NCBI GenBank assembly: GCA_918797485.1
Contig: CAKKNE010000001.1
Span: 930,001 to 994,000 of the forward strand
Reading direction: 5' to 3'
DNA: 64,000 bases
Source of the DNA: Pelagomonas calceolata
Taxonomy: Eukaryota
Part shown: positions 19,443-29,329 of the stretch, one piece after another
How positions within the stretch are numbered: the stretch's first letter is position 1
How the letters are laid out: every line of letters starts with the position of its first letter
Notes under the pieces: model-generated
What the model was told of the DNA's origin: nothing
What the model saw: the letters and a program-made list of their open reading frames with translations, nothing else
Database searches by the model: none
Program-made: the position numbers and the translations under genes

Positions 19443-21440
19443 TCAAAGTTGGTCGTCGATCGTCTTCAGCGCGTCCAATAGCGCGCCCTCGGGCCCGACC
19501 ATGGCCACCACGTGGTCCGTCGCCTCGTCACTCAAACCGCCCAAAGCCAGTAACGCCCGGAAGCCCTCGACGGCTCTTTCGTAAAGAACCTTGGCCGCCT
19601 TCCAGTCGCCGTTCTGATCACATTGCGCGCCCCGTTTGGACAGAGACGTACAGACGCCCATCGCCACGTCGCGAGAAGAAGGTAAATCAACAGCAGTAGC
19701 CCCGAGCATGTCTCGGCACGACGCGGCTCGTTCCACGATCGACTGGCGCGCGTCCTCCACTAGACTCAAAAGTTCGGCGGCCTTCGCTTCATTTTTATGA
19801 GGTACTAAGGCAGTAGCGACTCTCTTCAAACCTCGCAACGCTTCGCCATATAAGACCACGGCCTTGCCGGCCTCGCACTCGTCCTCACCAGATTTGACGC
19901 CGTCGGCCAAGCGAGATAGCGCGAAAGCCGCAAAAACTTGGACTCGATGGGCTTGGAGCGAAGTCGGATCGTCGACGACCACATAGCCTTGTAAGGTTAA
20001 TTCGTCGAGCGATCGTCCGTCGACGGTGGACGAGCGCTTCCGAGGAGAAGCTGCTGGAGGTGACGGCGTCTTCACCGGTGTGGGTGGCTCCGTCGGGTCC
20101 GACATGGATCGCATGCGTCCGAGCGACGCCTTCGCTGGCGAGTTCTGCGAGGCGAAAGGAGGGGGAGGAGGCCCTTTCCGCGCGGGCGTCGACGGCGTGG
20201 ACCTGTGCGGAAGTCAAAAGTTTTACGGCGCAGTGACGAATGGTTGATTCCACGCGGGCGCGGACCGCGGCGGCGTGGGCATTGACGGCTTCTTGAGAGA
20301 TGTCGGCGACCGCGGCGGCCGGCCCTCTATCTTCCGAGGCGTCGCGCGCGGCGACGACGAGGAGGACGAGACGAGGGCCGCGAACGGGGCCGAGGGCGAC
20401 TTGGGGGTCATGAAGGGCGGCGGTCTAGAAGCTAAGAGTGAAGACGCCGCGGCCGCGTTCGCCGCTCTCAGTATCGGAGACGCCAGCTTCTCGGGAGGTG
20501 AGGAAGATACTTCCGCGACCGGCGCCAGCGCAAAGGGGTCGCCCACGACTTGTGTAAGAGCACACCCGTTCACGAAGGGATCCCGAAAGAAGTCCTCGAA
20601 GGCGCACCGCTTCAAAGGGTCCCGCCGCAGCAGCTTCTGGAGGACATCCAGGCATTCTCTGGACACAGTCACGTCTTTTGGCAGCCGCAAGGCCTTCCGT
20701 CGGATGTTCCTCAGTAGATCCCGGTGGTCTCGCCCCGTGTAGGGCGGCCGGCCGGCGACCATCTCGAAGAGGACCGTGCCCGCGGACCAGAGGTCGGCTT
20801 TTGCATCATACCTCTTCAGAGCTAGGATTTCGGGAGCCATGTACAAGGGGCTTCCACAAAGGGTCTCCGCGAGTTTAGACGGTCCTAATTGCCGCGCAAA
20901 GCCGAAGTCGCCGATTTTTAACACACCTTGATCTGACGCCTCCGTCAACAGCAAGTTTTGTGGCTTGAGGTCCCGGTGGACCAAAGACCGGCTCCACAAA
21001 CATTCTAAACCAGCCGCGAGGTGGCCGATCCACTTTTGGGCCGTGCTTTCTTGCAGTCTACCTTTGCTCCGGATATATTTTTGCAGGTCGCCTCCGGCCA
21101 GAAACTCGAGCACGACATAAATACGCTCCGGTCGCGGCACCGCATCGACGAACGCCACCAAATTGGGATGTTTGACACTGCCAAGGATCTTGATCTCATC
21201 ATCCAAGTTGGCTCGCAGCTTTTTCGTGAGTCGGCTTCGATCGACGGCCTTGATCGCTACTGACTGGTTGTCCTTCGTGGCGAGCCAGACCGTGGCGAAG
21301 GAGCCCGTGCCGATCTGGCGCTCGACGGCGTAGCCCGGGCCGAGGTCCGTCGGCGGGCCGCCCTGCTGACTCTGAGTAGGTGGCGTGGCTGCAGGCGCTT
21401 TTTTGGCGGCTGGAGCCGCTGTTTTCGGCGCCTCAGCCAT
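19443..21440 (-). CDS. ATG1: ATG1/ULK-family Ser/Thr kinase; 63-bp introner-derived intron 20203-20265
   Basis: IGTGSFATVW, HRDLKPQNLLL, DFGFAR, LAETLCGSPLYMAPEIL; helical MIT-like C-terminus joined in frame after splicing. Confidence 0.85.
20203..20257 (-). mobile_element. Degenerate mini-introner (55 bp); TSD gcgtggac/gcgcggac
   Basis: Ends ctgtgcggaagtcaa ... ttgattccacgcgg; TSD copies at 20195-20202 and 20258-20265; shares aagttttacggcg with the 36162 copy. Confidence 0.8.
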
Positions 21441-21810
21441 GCCAGATAACAATACGGGTGTCAGCAGCACATGCAGCCGGTCAGAGAAGTGATATTGACG
21501 GCGTAGCAGCCAAACGAATGTAAAATATTGTGGCTCAGCTGTAAAACCCGAGAGAAATTTGCTCCACGAGCGCCGCCTGCCGCGTACGCGCTGTTGGTGC
21601 ATTCATACATTGTCTCGAGACAGCTGATCATCTCTTACAGCGACTGCGGGCGTTTTTCCAGCGCTCGTGCGCGTGCAAGGAGTAACAACACCTCTGCAGC
21701 CAAACACTGCTTTCCTCTCGCAGCGCTCGCACGCATCGCCGCGTCTCGACCGCTCGTAGGGCTGCGCTGCAACGCCGCCGCCGCGATACGCCAGTCGCCG
21801 CGTCGACCAG

Positions 21811-23018
21811 ATGGCGTCCGTGGATAGCAACGACCTCTTCCCCGTGCGCACGATCAACTTTTTGGGCCGCGACGTGCCGACGCTCGGCCAGAACGAGTTC
21901 GGCCCCTGCGCGCTCTTAGGTGTCGTGAACGCGTTGCTGCTGCGCGGGACCCTGAAGATAAGTTCCGACCACGGCGCGCTGACGCTGCAGGACGTGCTCG
22001 CGCGCCTCGCGGATCGGATGATGGAGGCGAACCAGCGCGCCCAGGAGAGCTCGGACGAGGCGTCGCTGAACGTGCGCGCCGCGTTAGATGGGGCCGTGAC
22101 GCGCCTGCCGACGCTGGCGGAAGGGCTTGATGTCAATGTAAAGTTCAACGGCGGTTTTGAGTTCACGAGCGATCTGGCCATCTTCGATTTACTAGATGTG
22201 AGATTGGTCCACGGCTGGCGGGTGGATGGAGAGAACGATCCCGAGACGGCCGAAGCATTGGGTTCCCGGAGCTACAACGAGTGCATCCAGGAGGTTGTAC
22301 AGTTGCGGACGGACGAGCTCGAGGGCGCCGCGAAGCAACGGGCGGAGCTCGTGAGCGCGTTCCTCGAGCGCACCAAAACCCAACTCACCTACGCCGGCCT
22401 CGCGGAGATCCATTCCACGTTACGCGAGAACGAGGTCGGCGTGTTGTATAGAAACCTGCACTTTTCGACGGTGTTCAAGCGCGACGGCGTGCTCTATGCT
22501 CTAGTGACGGACATCGGCTGTCGGCGGCCGGCGTCCTTCTTTACTCGGGCATCGCGGCGATGGCGTGCCCTCACGCGACCCCCCGCGCAGACCGCCAGCA
22601 GAAGAACATCATCTGGGAGCGCCTCGACGACGTCGGCGGCGACACGGACTTCTGCGACGCGACGTTCAAACCCGCGGCGCCGACGAGCAGCGAGGACCCC
22701 GACCATTTGTTAGCGTTGCAGCTCGCGCGCGACGACGAGGCCGCGCGCGAGCGGGCGTCGGCGCCGCTACCGACCGCGGCCGCGACGGAGGTGACGCCGG
22801 CCAGCGCGCCAGGCGCGGCCACGGCGGACGCCGACGCGGCCCTCGCGCGGCAACTCCAGCGCGCGGAGGCGGACGCTGACGCTGCTTTGGCCAGACAGCT
22901 CCAGGCCGAGGAGGACGCGGCCGCGCGGAGCCGGCCGCCGCCGCCGCCGGCCGCCGCCCAGGCGCGGCCGCGGCGTCGACCGCCGAAGAAGTCGTCGTCG
23001 CAATGCGTCGTGGCGTAA
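21811..23018 (+). CDS. MINDY1/2-family deubiquitinase; intron 22520-22590
   Basis: QNEFGPCALLGVVNALLL, LVHGW, YRNLHFST; spliced LVTDIGY..IIWERL; MIU-like DAALARQLQ; CaaX end. Confidence 0.9.
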
Positions 23019-23118
23019 TCGTACTACTGTGTAGAGTATATGTTGTTGGTCCCCGGGCCGGGGGTGAAAGTCCGATTGCCAAAAAAACCACGCGAATCAC
23101 GCATCAAAGAAGCGTATC

Positions 23119-24059
23119 ATGCCTCTTTGCAACGTACAGAGAGAAGTCGGTCGACCCGGCCTCAGACTCCTGAGCGCTCATCTCAGCCAGCCAATCTACC
23201 TGGGACATCCGATCCACAAGGGCAACGGCGCGTCCTGCGGCTACGGGCTCGCGAACGCGTTGCTGTTCCTGTTCTTGTTGAATGCGGGCTTCTTCGCGAT
23301 GATCAACGCCGTCATTCCTTTAGTTATTATGAACGTGATTATTCTCGCTGTTGGTTTGTCGATCGTGCGCAACGCGTTGTGGGTCACAAATGCTAGATCC
23401 TACCCGGCGATGATGCTCGGGTTGATGTGCGTCCTCGCGAACTGGACGTTGAGCGGGGGCTACAACGAGAACGCGGCCTTCGTCGAGAAGACGCGGGGGC
23501 TGTGGAACCTCGCGGCGGGCGGCGGCATCATGAACGCGTTGATCATCACGGCGATCTTTAGTGATTTGATCGACCACCGCTACTGGCGCGCGGCGGCCTT
23601 CTGCTTCGTCGCGATCTGGCTGTCCATGTTCGGCACGGACCCGGCGTTTGATATGAACCTTGAACGTGACGCGGTCGCGGCGATGGCGTCGACGTGGCCG
23701 CACGAGCGTCGTTCCGCGCAGGAGTCATGCACTCGAACAACCTGCAGGGTCATAGTATCGGTGCCGACGGGCGCGCGACGAGAGGCGAAGTCACGTGGGC
23801 GGAACGGGCCCCGGGCAACGAGGGCTGGCGCTTCGCCATCGCCTACTCCGTGGTCTGTGCGGGCCTGATCGCGTCGCACTTCCTCCAGAAGGCCGGCCTC
23901 ACGGACCCGGTCATCGAGGACAAGCACGCCGCGGCCCTCGAAAAAACCATCTCCAAGGCCTCGGACGCGTCGAACTCGGGCAAGGACTTCTCGTTTGGCT
24001 CCGACGAGGTCCCGCCCGAGGTCAAGGACATGTCCACGGGCCACGCCATCTCGGCCTAG
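23119..24059 (+). pseudogene. C-terminal half of an NCS2/AzgA-like nucleobase permease; GC-AG intron 23633-23721
   Basis: PIYLGHPIHKGNGA..GY; spliced LSMFGVMHS; N-terminal half absent. Confidence 0.6.
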
Positions 24060-24227
24060 AGGCGGCGCAAGCTGTACATACTCCTCCCACGTCAAGTCAC
24101 ATGCTGCACATAGTCCCCGCGTCGACGTTCGCGTCCGCGTAATGAAAACTCTTATCGTAGCTATCTGGCGCCGCGTCGCGTCGATGGCGTTGGGGTGCGC
24201 CTCGACGCCGTGGCGAGCCCTCGGCCT

Positions 24228-24249
24228 GCTTGCTAGTGTCTCAAGCTAG
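24228..24249. promoter_or_regulatory. Conserved CTAG element
   Basis: gcttgctagtgtctcaagctag upstream of the KDSR-like gene. Confidence 0.5.
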
Positions 24250-24433
24250 GTCCTTTTCCATTAATTCGGCAGCCTCGATCCTGTGCTATATCTCGGGGCC
24301 ATTAGCAAAAGGGCGACCGTGACTTAGCGTGTGTAGACTCGCAGCCAACAGGTACATTCAGCCGCGAGCCTGCTGCCAGCCGACGCCGCGCTGCGGAGTA
24401 ATCGATCAAGCTCTCCGAGCAGCCAAAAGCATA

Positions 24434-25939
24434 ATGCGCAACGTAGCAGTACTCGCCCTATGCGCCATCGCCGCGGCCGCGGCCGAGCCGGCGACTGCCG
24501 CGCGGAAGAAGCCCGCCGCCGCGCCGGCAAAGCAGACCAGCCCAGCCACGGCGCCGAAGCCCGCCGACAAGCCCAAGGAGGCGCCGAAGAAGCGCTGGGG
24601 CAAGTCTAAGGAGGAGGCCCCGAAGCCGTGGTACGAGTCGATACCGCAGTGGGCTCAAGTAATCCTCGCGGTCCTCGCCGCGGAGTTTCTTTACTGCTCC
24701 TTTATCGGAGGAAGGAGCTGGCTGCCCAAATCAAAGGGCTGCCACGTCATCATCACGGGCGGTTCTGAGGGATTGGGCAAGGCGTTAGCGCACAAACTCG
24801 TCGCGAGAGGACACTTCGTCTCGCTGATCGCGCGCACAAGATCCAAGCTCGACGCCGCCGTCCTCGAGATCAACGAGGCCAGCAAAACTAAAAAATGCAT
24901 CGGCGTCGTCGGCGACGTCACGTCCTCAAGCTCCATCGAATCCGCTTTGCAAGCCGCGGAACGCGCGCAAAAATTGCCCGCGGACGCGGTGGTCTGCAAC
25001 GCCGGCTCGGCGCAACCCAAGCTCTTCCTGGAGACGGAGGGAGATACGTTCAAGCGACAGATGGACCTGAACTACATGGGTGTGGTTCGCACGGTACGGG
25101 CGGCTCTACCGGGCCTGCTGGAGCGGGACTCTGGAGCTTTAGTATTGGTGTCGTCTGGTCTAGCATTAACAGGCTACGCCGGCTACGCGGCCTACGCGCC
25201 CACGAAGTGGGCCGTGCGCGGTCTAGCCGAAGTTTTACGCTCGGAACTCGCGGCGACGCGCGTCTCGGTCCACTTGGCTTTGCCGCCGGGCATGGCGACG
25301 CCCGGCTTCGACAAGGAGAACGCCGAAAAACCTAGAGTGACGAGGGCGATCGAAGCCGGCGAGCCGACGCACCAGCCCGAGAGCGTGGCGGCCGCTTTAC
25401 TATCTTCTTTACAGCGGGGCCACTACGCGTGCGCTTGCGGCGATTTTGGGCTTGGGTTACTCGTAAGGGCTGGAAGCGGTCTGGCGCCGCGGACGACGTT
25501 TTGGAGGGATTTGGTCTTGTTGCCTTTTATCGCTATAATAGGAGCGTTCTACCGGAGGATGTGGGACTTCACGGTTCGCAGAGACGCATCCAGAGAAGAC
25601 GCCGTCGAGAAGGAGTACCCCGTGCTGAACGAGGCCCTCAAGTCCACGGAAGCGACGTTCAACGACGCCCTGCAGGCGGCCGACGACACGCTCAAACGGC
25701 TCACTTCTGACGAAGCGCCGGCGCCGGCGCCGGGCATGATGGAGCGTTTACTCGGTAAGAAGGAGGAACCGCCGGCACCCGGGCTCCTGGATTCGATCAT
25801 GGGCGAAGCGCCGGCGCCGGCGCCGGCGCCGGGCCTCAAGGAGCGCGTCTTCGGCGCGCCGGCGCCGGCGCCCGCGCCCGGCTTGCTGGACTCGATCATC
25901 GGCGACGCCGCGCCGGCGCCGGCGCCCGCGAAGAAGTAG
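24434..25939 (+). CDS. KDSR: 3-ketodihydrosphingosine reductase (SDR)
   Basis: HVIITGGSEGLG, CNAG, GYAAYAPTKWAVRGL, PPGMATPGFDKEN. Confidence 0.85.
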   Translation: MRNVAVLALCAIAAAAAEPATAARKKPAAAPAKQTSPATAPKPADKPKEAPKKRWGKSKEEAPKPWYESIPQWAQVILAVLAAEFLYCSFIGGRSWLPKSKGCHVIITGGSEGLGKALAHKLVARGHFVSLIARTRSKLDAAVLEINEASKTKKCIGVVGDVTSSSSIESALQAAERAQKLPADAVVCNAGSAQPKLFLETEGDTFKRQMDLNYMGVVRTVRAALPGLLERDSGALVLVSSGLALTGYAGYAAYAPTKWAVRGLAEVLRSELAATRVSVHLALPPGMATPGFDKENAEKPRVTRAIEAGEPTHQPESVAAALLSSLQRGHYACACGDFGLGLLVRAGSGLAPRTTFWRDLVLLPFIAIIGAFYRRMWDFTVRRDASREDAVEKEYPVLNEALKSTEATFNDALQAADDTLKRLTSDEAPAPAPGMMERLLGKKEEPPAPGLLDSIMGEAPAPAPAPGLKERVFGAPAPAPAPGLLDSIIGDAAPAPAPAKK

Positions 25940-26011
25940 GTCCTTTTCCCGCGCCCAATTTTCCCGCCGGGCTAAGACTAGTTCGGTGCATTTCTTTTTC
26001 TGTCCACGTGT

Positions 26012-26084
26012 ACGCCGTCGCGGCGATGGCGTGGTGGTGGGGGCCTGCAGTCTACCCCACCGGACGCCGTCGCGGCGATGGCGT
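26012..26084. repeat. Two copies of a 21-bp near-palindrome acgccgtcgcggcgatggcgt
   Basis: Copies at 26012-26032 and 26064-26084. Confidence 0.85.
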
Positions 26085-26302
26085 CGTAACATATCCCCTC
26101 GACGTCCCGGGGGAGAGATTAGTACTTGTCGTTTCGTGCGTCTCAGCTAGTAGGCTTCGGCACGCTAGGTTTTAAGTTTTGCGGTCCGGCGCTGGAGAGG
26201 CCAACGCTTCTCTGTGCGTGCTCAGGCGCGCTCCATCAACGAGCCACACATCAGATCAGCAAAGTATGCCTCAGGGGCAGCACCGATAGCGGAAGGGCAG
26301 CC

Positions 26303-28084
26303 ATGGGACGGCGCCTCGCGTGCGCCCTACTACTCACGACAGCGGGAGCCAGGGAGCGCTTCAGCCCCTGCCCGAACTCCTGCTCGGGCCACGGGTTGTG
26401 TGATGCGTGGCACGTCTGCCACTGCGCGGACACGTATCAAGGTGCCGACTGTTCGCAAAGGACGTGTCCGTACGGGCCCGCGTGGGCCGATCACCCCGAA
26501 CAAATTACGGGGGACGGCGTGGGCCACCAGCCGGCGGAGTGCTCTAGAAGAGGTAATTGTGATCGGTTGGGGGGTACTTGTGTCTGCGGTGTCGGCTTCG
26601 AGGGCGCGGCGTGTGAGAGACGGGCTTGTGGCCCGTTATTGTGCACCGGAAGAGGTGTTTGTCGATCACTCAAAGATCGGGCGTTGCGGAGAGATCTAGG
26701 CGACTCAAGATCATCCCTGAGCCACTTCCACAGCGCCGACCCGCCCTTCTCCGCCCCGGTGCAAACCTACAACGCGTGGGACGCGACCATGATGCACGGC
26801 TGCGATTGTGACACGGGCTTCTGGGGGCCGAACTGCGAGTTCGTGGAATGTCCTCGCGGCGACGATCCGTATACCTCTGGTTCTAGAGTGGTCCAACAGA
26901 TGCTCGTGTGCATGGGTGATGGTGGGTCTGTAGCTCTGTCGTTTCGCGGAGCGACGACCAGACCGCTGGCGTGGGACTCTTCGTCCGCGACGGTGCGCGC
27001 GGCGTTGTTGGAGCTGCCTACTCTACGAGGTGGGGCGGGCGATGAAGCCTTCGGGGACCAGCGGGAGATGTTACCAAGACCATTGAACGCCCAATTGACC
27101 GGCCGCGCCGTCTCCGTGTTATATGACAACGCAGCGACCACTTTATGCGCCGCGTCGGGCGTCACGGCAATCATCCAGTTCAACCAGGACTTCGGAGATA
27201 TTCCGTTGTTGGTGCCCGACGCGACGGAGTTGACGCATTCGTCAATCATCATCTCACCCTCGTTAGCGGTAGCGTTAAAACAGACGTCGGACAAGGAGGA
27301 CGCCGTCTGCTCGAACCGCGGGCTCTGCGACCCGTTATCCGGCAGATGCGCGTGCGACGGCGAGTTCTGGGGGTCCTCCGACGGCTACGGCATGCGCGGG
27401 TCGCGCGGCGACTGTGGCGTCGCCGTGAACCTCGCGTCGATCACGGGCTGCCCGGGCGACATCCCGTGCAACGGCCACGGCGTCTGCGACGAAGAGACCT
27501 TTGCGTGCGGCTGCGAGGAGGGCTGGCGCGCCGCGGACTGCTCGGAGCGGACGTGCCCGTACGGGCCGGCGTGGTACGCGTACCCGACGGCGACGGACGT
27601 GGCCCACGTGACGCGCGAGGAGTGCTCGGGCATGGGGACATGTGATCGAACATTAGGAGTCTGCTTCTGCCAGGATGGGTTTAGCGGGGCCGCGTGCGAC
27701 GTGCTGGCGTGTCCCGGCGAGACGGCGCCGTGCTCGGGCCACGGCCAGTGCCTCACGATGCAGCAACTAGCCCAGGCGAACGGCTTTACCTATAGAAGCA
27801 CGCCGGACGACCCCTACACGTGGGACGCCGACGCGGTCCGGGGCTGCCGCTGCGACGAGGGTTACCGGGGCTACGACTGCTCGCTGCGCTTCTGCCCCTT
27901 CGGCGACGACCCGCTCACGACCGCCGTCGTCGACTCGAAGGAATGTAGTGGAAGGGGCCTCTGCGACGAGATGACGGGGACGTGTGTCTGCATGGAGGGT
28001 TTTGGGTCGTCGGACGGCAAGGGCAAGAAGGGCACCATCCAGGACTGCGGCTACAAGCTGCCCCTGTCGGCGCCCGTAATTTAG
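26303..28084 (+). CDS. EGF-like/tenascin-repeat secreted protein (mastigoneme/SIG-like)
   Basis: Signal peptide; CPNSCSGHG, RTCPYGPAW, ECSRRGNCD, CPxGDDP repeats. Confidence 0.82.
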   Translation: MGRRLACALLLTTAGARERFSPCPNSCSGHGLCDAWHVCHCADTYQGADCSQRTCPYGPAWADHPEQITGDGVGHQPAECSRRGNCDRLGGTCVCGVGFEGAACERRACGPLLCTGRGVCRSLKDRALRRDLGDSRSSLSHFHSADPPFSAPVQTYNAWDATMMHGCDCDTGFWGPNCEFVECPRGDDPYTSGSRVVQQMLVCMGDGGSVALSFRGATTRPLAWDSSSATVRAALLELPTLRGGAGDEAFGDQREMLPRPLNAQLTGRAVSVLYDNAATTLCAASGVTAIIQFNQDFGDIPLLVPDATELTHSSIIISPSLAVALKQTSDKEDAVCSNRGLCDPLSGRCACDGEFWGSSDGYGMRGSRGDCGVAVNLASITGCPGDIPCNGHGVCDEETFACGCEEGWRAADCSERTCPYGPAWYAYPTATDVAHVTREECSGMGTCDRTLGVCFCQDGFSGAACDVLACPGETAPCSGHGQCLTMQQLAQANGFTYRSTPDDPYTWDADAVRGCRCDEGYRGYDCSLRFCPFGDDPLTTAVVDSKECSGRGLCDEMTGTCVCMEGFGSSDGKGKKGTIQDCGYKLPLSAPVI

Positions 28085-28094
28085 TCGTGGCTAC

Positions 28095-29171
28095 TTAGTT
28101 ACCCCGCCGTCTTGGGGGACCGCGCGGCCGTTTCGTAGGCATGACCTCGTCGTCCGAGGAGGACGTGTCGGGCGGTCTGGAAGGTCTGGGCGCGCGGTCT
28201 GAGAGCGTGACGTACCCGCGTTTTTTTCTCGTAGGCATGACCTCGTCGTCGGACTCGTCCACCTCTCTCACGGGCGCGGGCGCCGGTGCCGGGAGCGCGT
28301 CGGGCACAAGGTCGCGCAGCGCGGCCGCCTCCAGCTTCGACCACTTGGTCTCCAAGGCGCCGACCGACCGCCCGGTACCGAGCCGCTCGGCGACGAGGCT
28401 CCAGTTGTCACCTAGCTCGGCGACGAGGCTTCGCAATCTTCCCTCCTCTTCGCGCGTCCAGCGGGACGGGCGCGTCGACGCCGGCGCCGCGGGCGCGGGC
28501 GAGGCGGCCGTCGACGCCGGCGCCGGCGCAGCTTGGGGCGCCGCCGGAACTTGTGGGGCGGCATCTGGCGCTTTAAGGCCTTTTGTGCGCGGCGGCGGCG
28601 GTTTGAGTCGCGCCGGGGGCAGAGCCGCCGCGGCGGGCGCGAGCGCCTGCACTTGCGGCGCGGGCGCGACCGCCGGCGCCGTGAGATGCGGCGCGCGCGT
28701 CTGGGCCATCTGCTGCGCGATCACGGCGGTAGAGGGCGCCGGAGGCAGGTCGAGATAATAACCGAGGCCCCACGGGCCGAGCTTGAAGACGTAGCCCGGG
28801 ATGCTACCGTAGAACGCCCCGGCCGGCATGAAAACAGGGTTCACGGCCGACGCCTGCGCCGGCACGGGCGCCGGTACGGGCGGCGGGCTCGCGCCCAATA
28901 ACGTCGGGTTGAGGCTCGCCGGCGGGCCCGGCGCCGGCCGCGCGTAGTACAGCTGTTCCGGCAACGCGGTCCGGCATCGCAAACAAGGCTGGCCTAACTT
29001 TGTGCCTAGGGCGACGGGGGCGACAACTTCGCGTTTACGCCTTGCGCGCCCGTTGACGTGACCGGACGACACGTTGCCTTCGCGTATCGCCTCGGCGTTC
29101 AGGCGTGTTGTCCCGCGTGATGCCGCAGCTGCACAGGTAAATGCCAGCCTTTGCCTCCGCCGCCGCATCAC
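28095..29171 (-). CDS. Pro/Ala-rich protein with Myb/SANT domain
   Basis: RWTREEEGRLRSLVAELGDNWSLVAERLGTGRS..TKWSKL. Confidence 0.7.
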   Translation of the reverse strand: MMRRRRQRLAFTCAAAASRGTTRLNAEAIREGNVSSGHVNGRARRKREVVAPVALGTKLGQPCLRCRTALPEQLYYARPAPGPPASLNPTLLGASPPPVPAPVPAQASAVNPVFMPAGAFYGSIPGYVFKLGPWGLGYYLDLPPAPSTAVIAQQMAQTRAPHLTAPAVAPAPQVQALAPAAAALPPARLKPPPPRTKGLKAPDAAPQVPAAPQAAPAPASTAASPAPAAPASTRPSRWTREEEGRLRSLVAELGDNWSLVAERLGTGRSVGALETKWSKLEAAALRDLVPDALPAPAPAPVREVDESDDEVMPTRKKRGYVTLSDRAPRPSRPPDTSSSDDEVMPTKRPRGPPRRRGN

Positions 29172-29329
29172 GCACCCGTCATAGGCGCCATTCGAGCGCC
29201 TCAGGAAGGCTCAAGAGCAATGCGAGGCCAAGAGTACGCGTCCTGGCTATCCGCGTCGCGGCCGGGCGCGGGTGGCGGAGTTGACGCCGTCGAGGCGAGA
29301 ACGAAGAACGACAGAGAAACCACTATCAT

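Noticed and set aside
19443..21602. Apparent split or pseudogenised genes (ATG1, and likewise MINDY, CYP97, ABC1, ERO1, Nei)
   Set aside because: Each is restored in frame by a short GT/GC-AG intron
25715..25930. Repeated gcgccggcgccg tracts as a mobile or regulatory repeat
   Set aside because: They encode the low-complexity APAPAP tail of the KDSR-like protein
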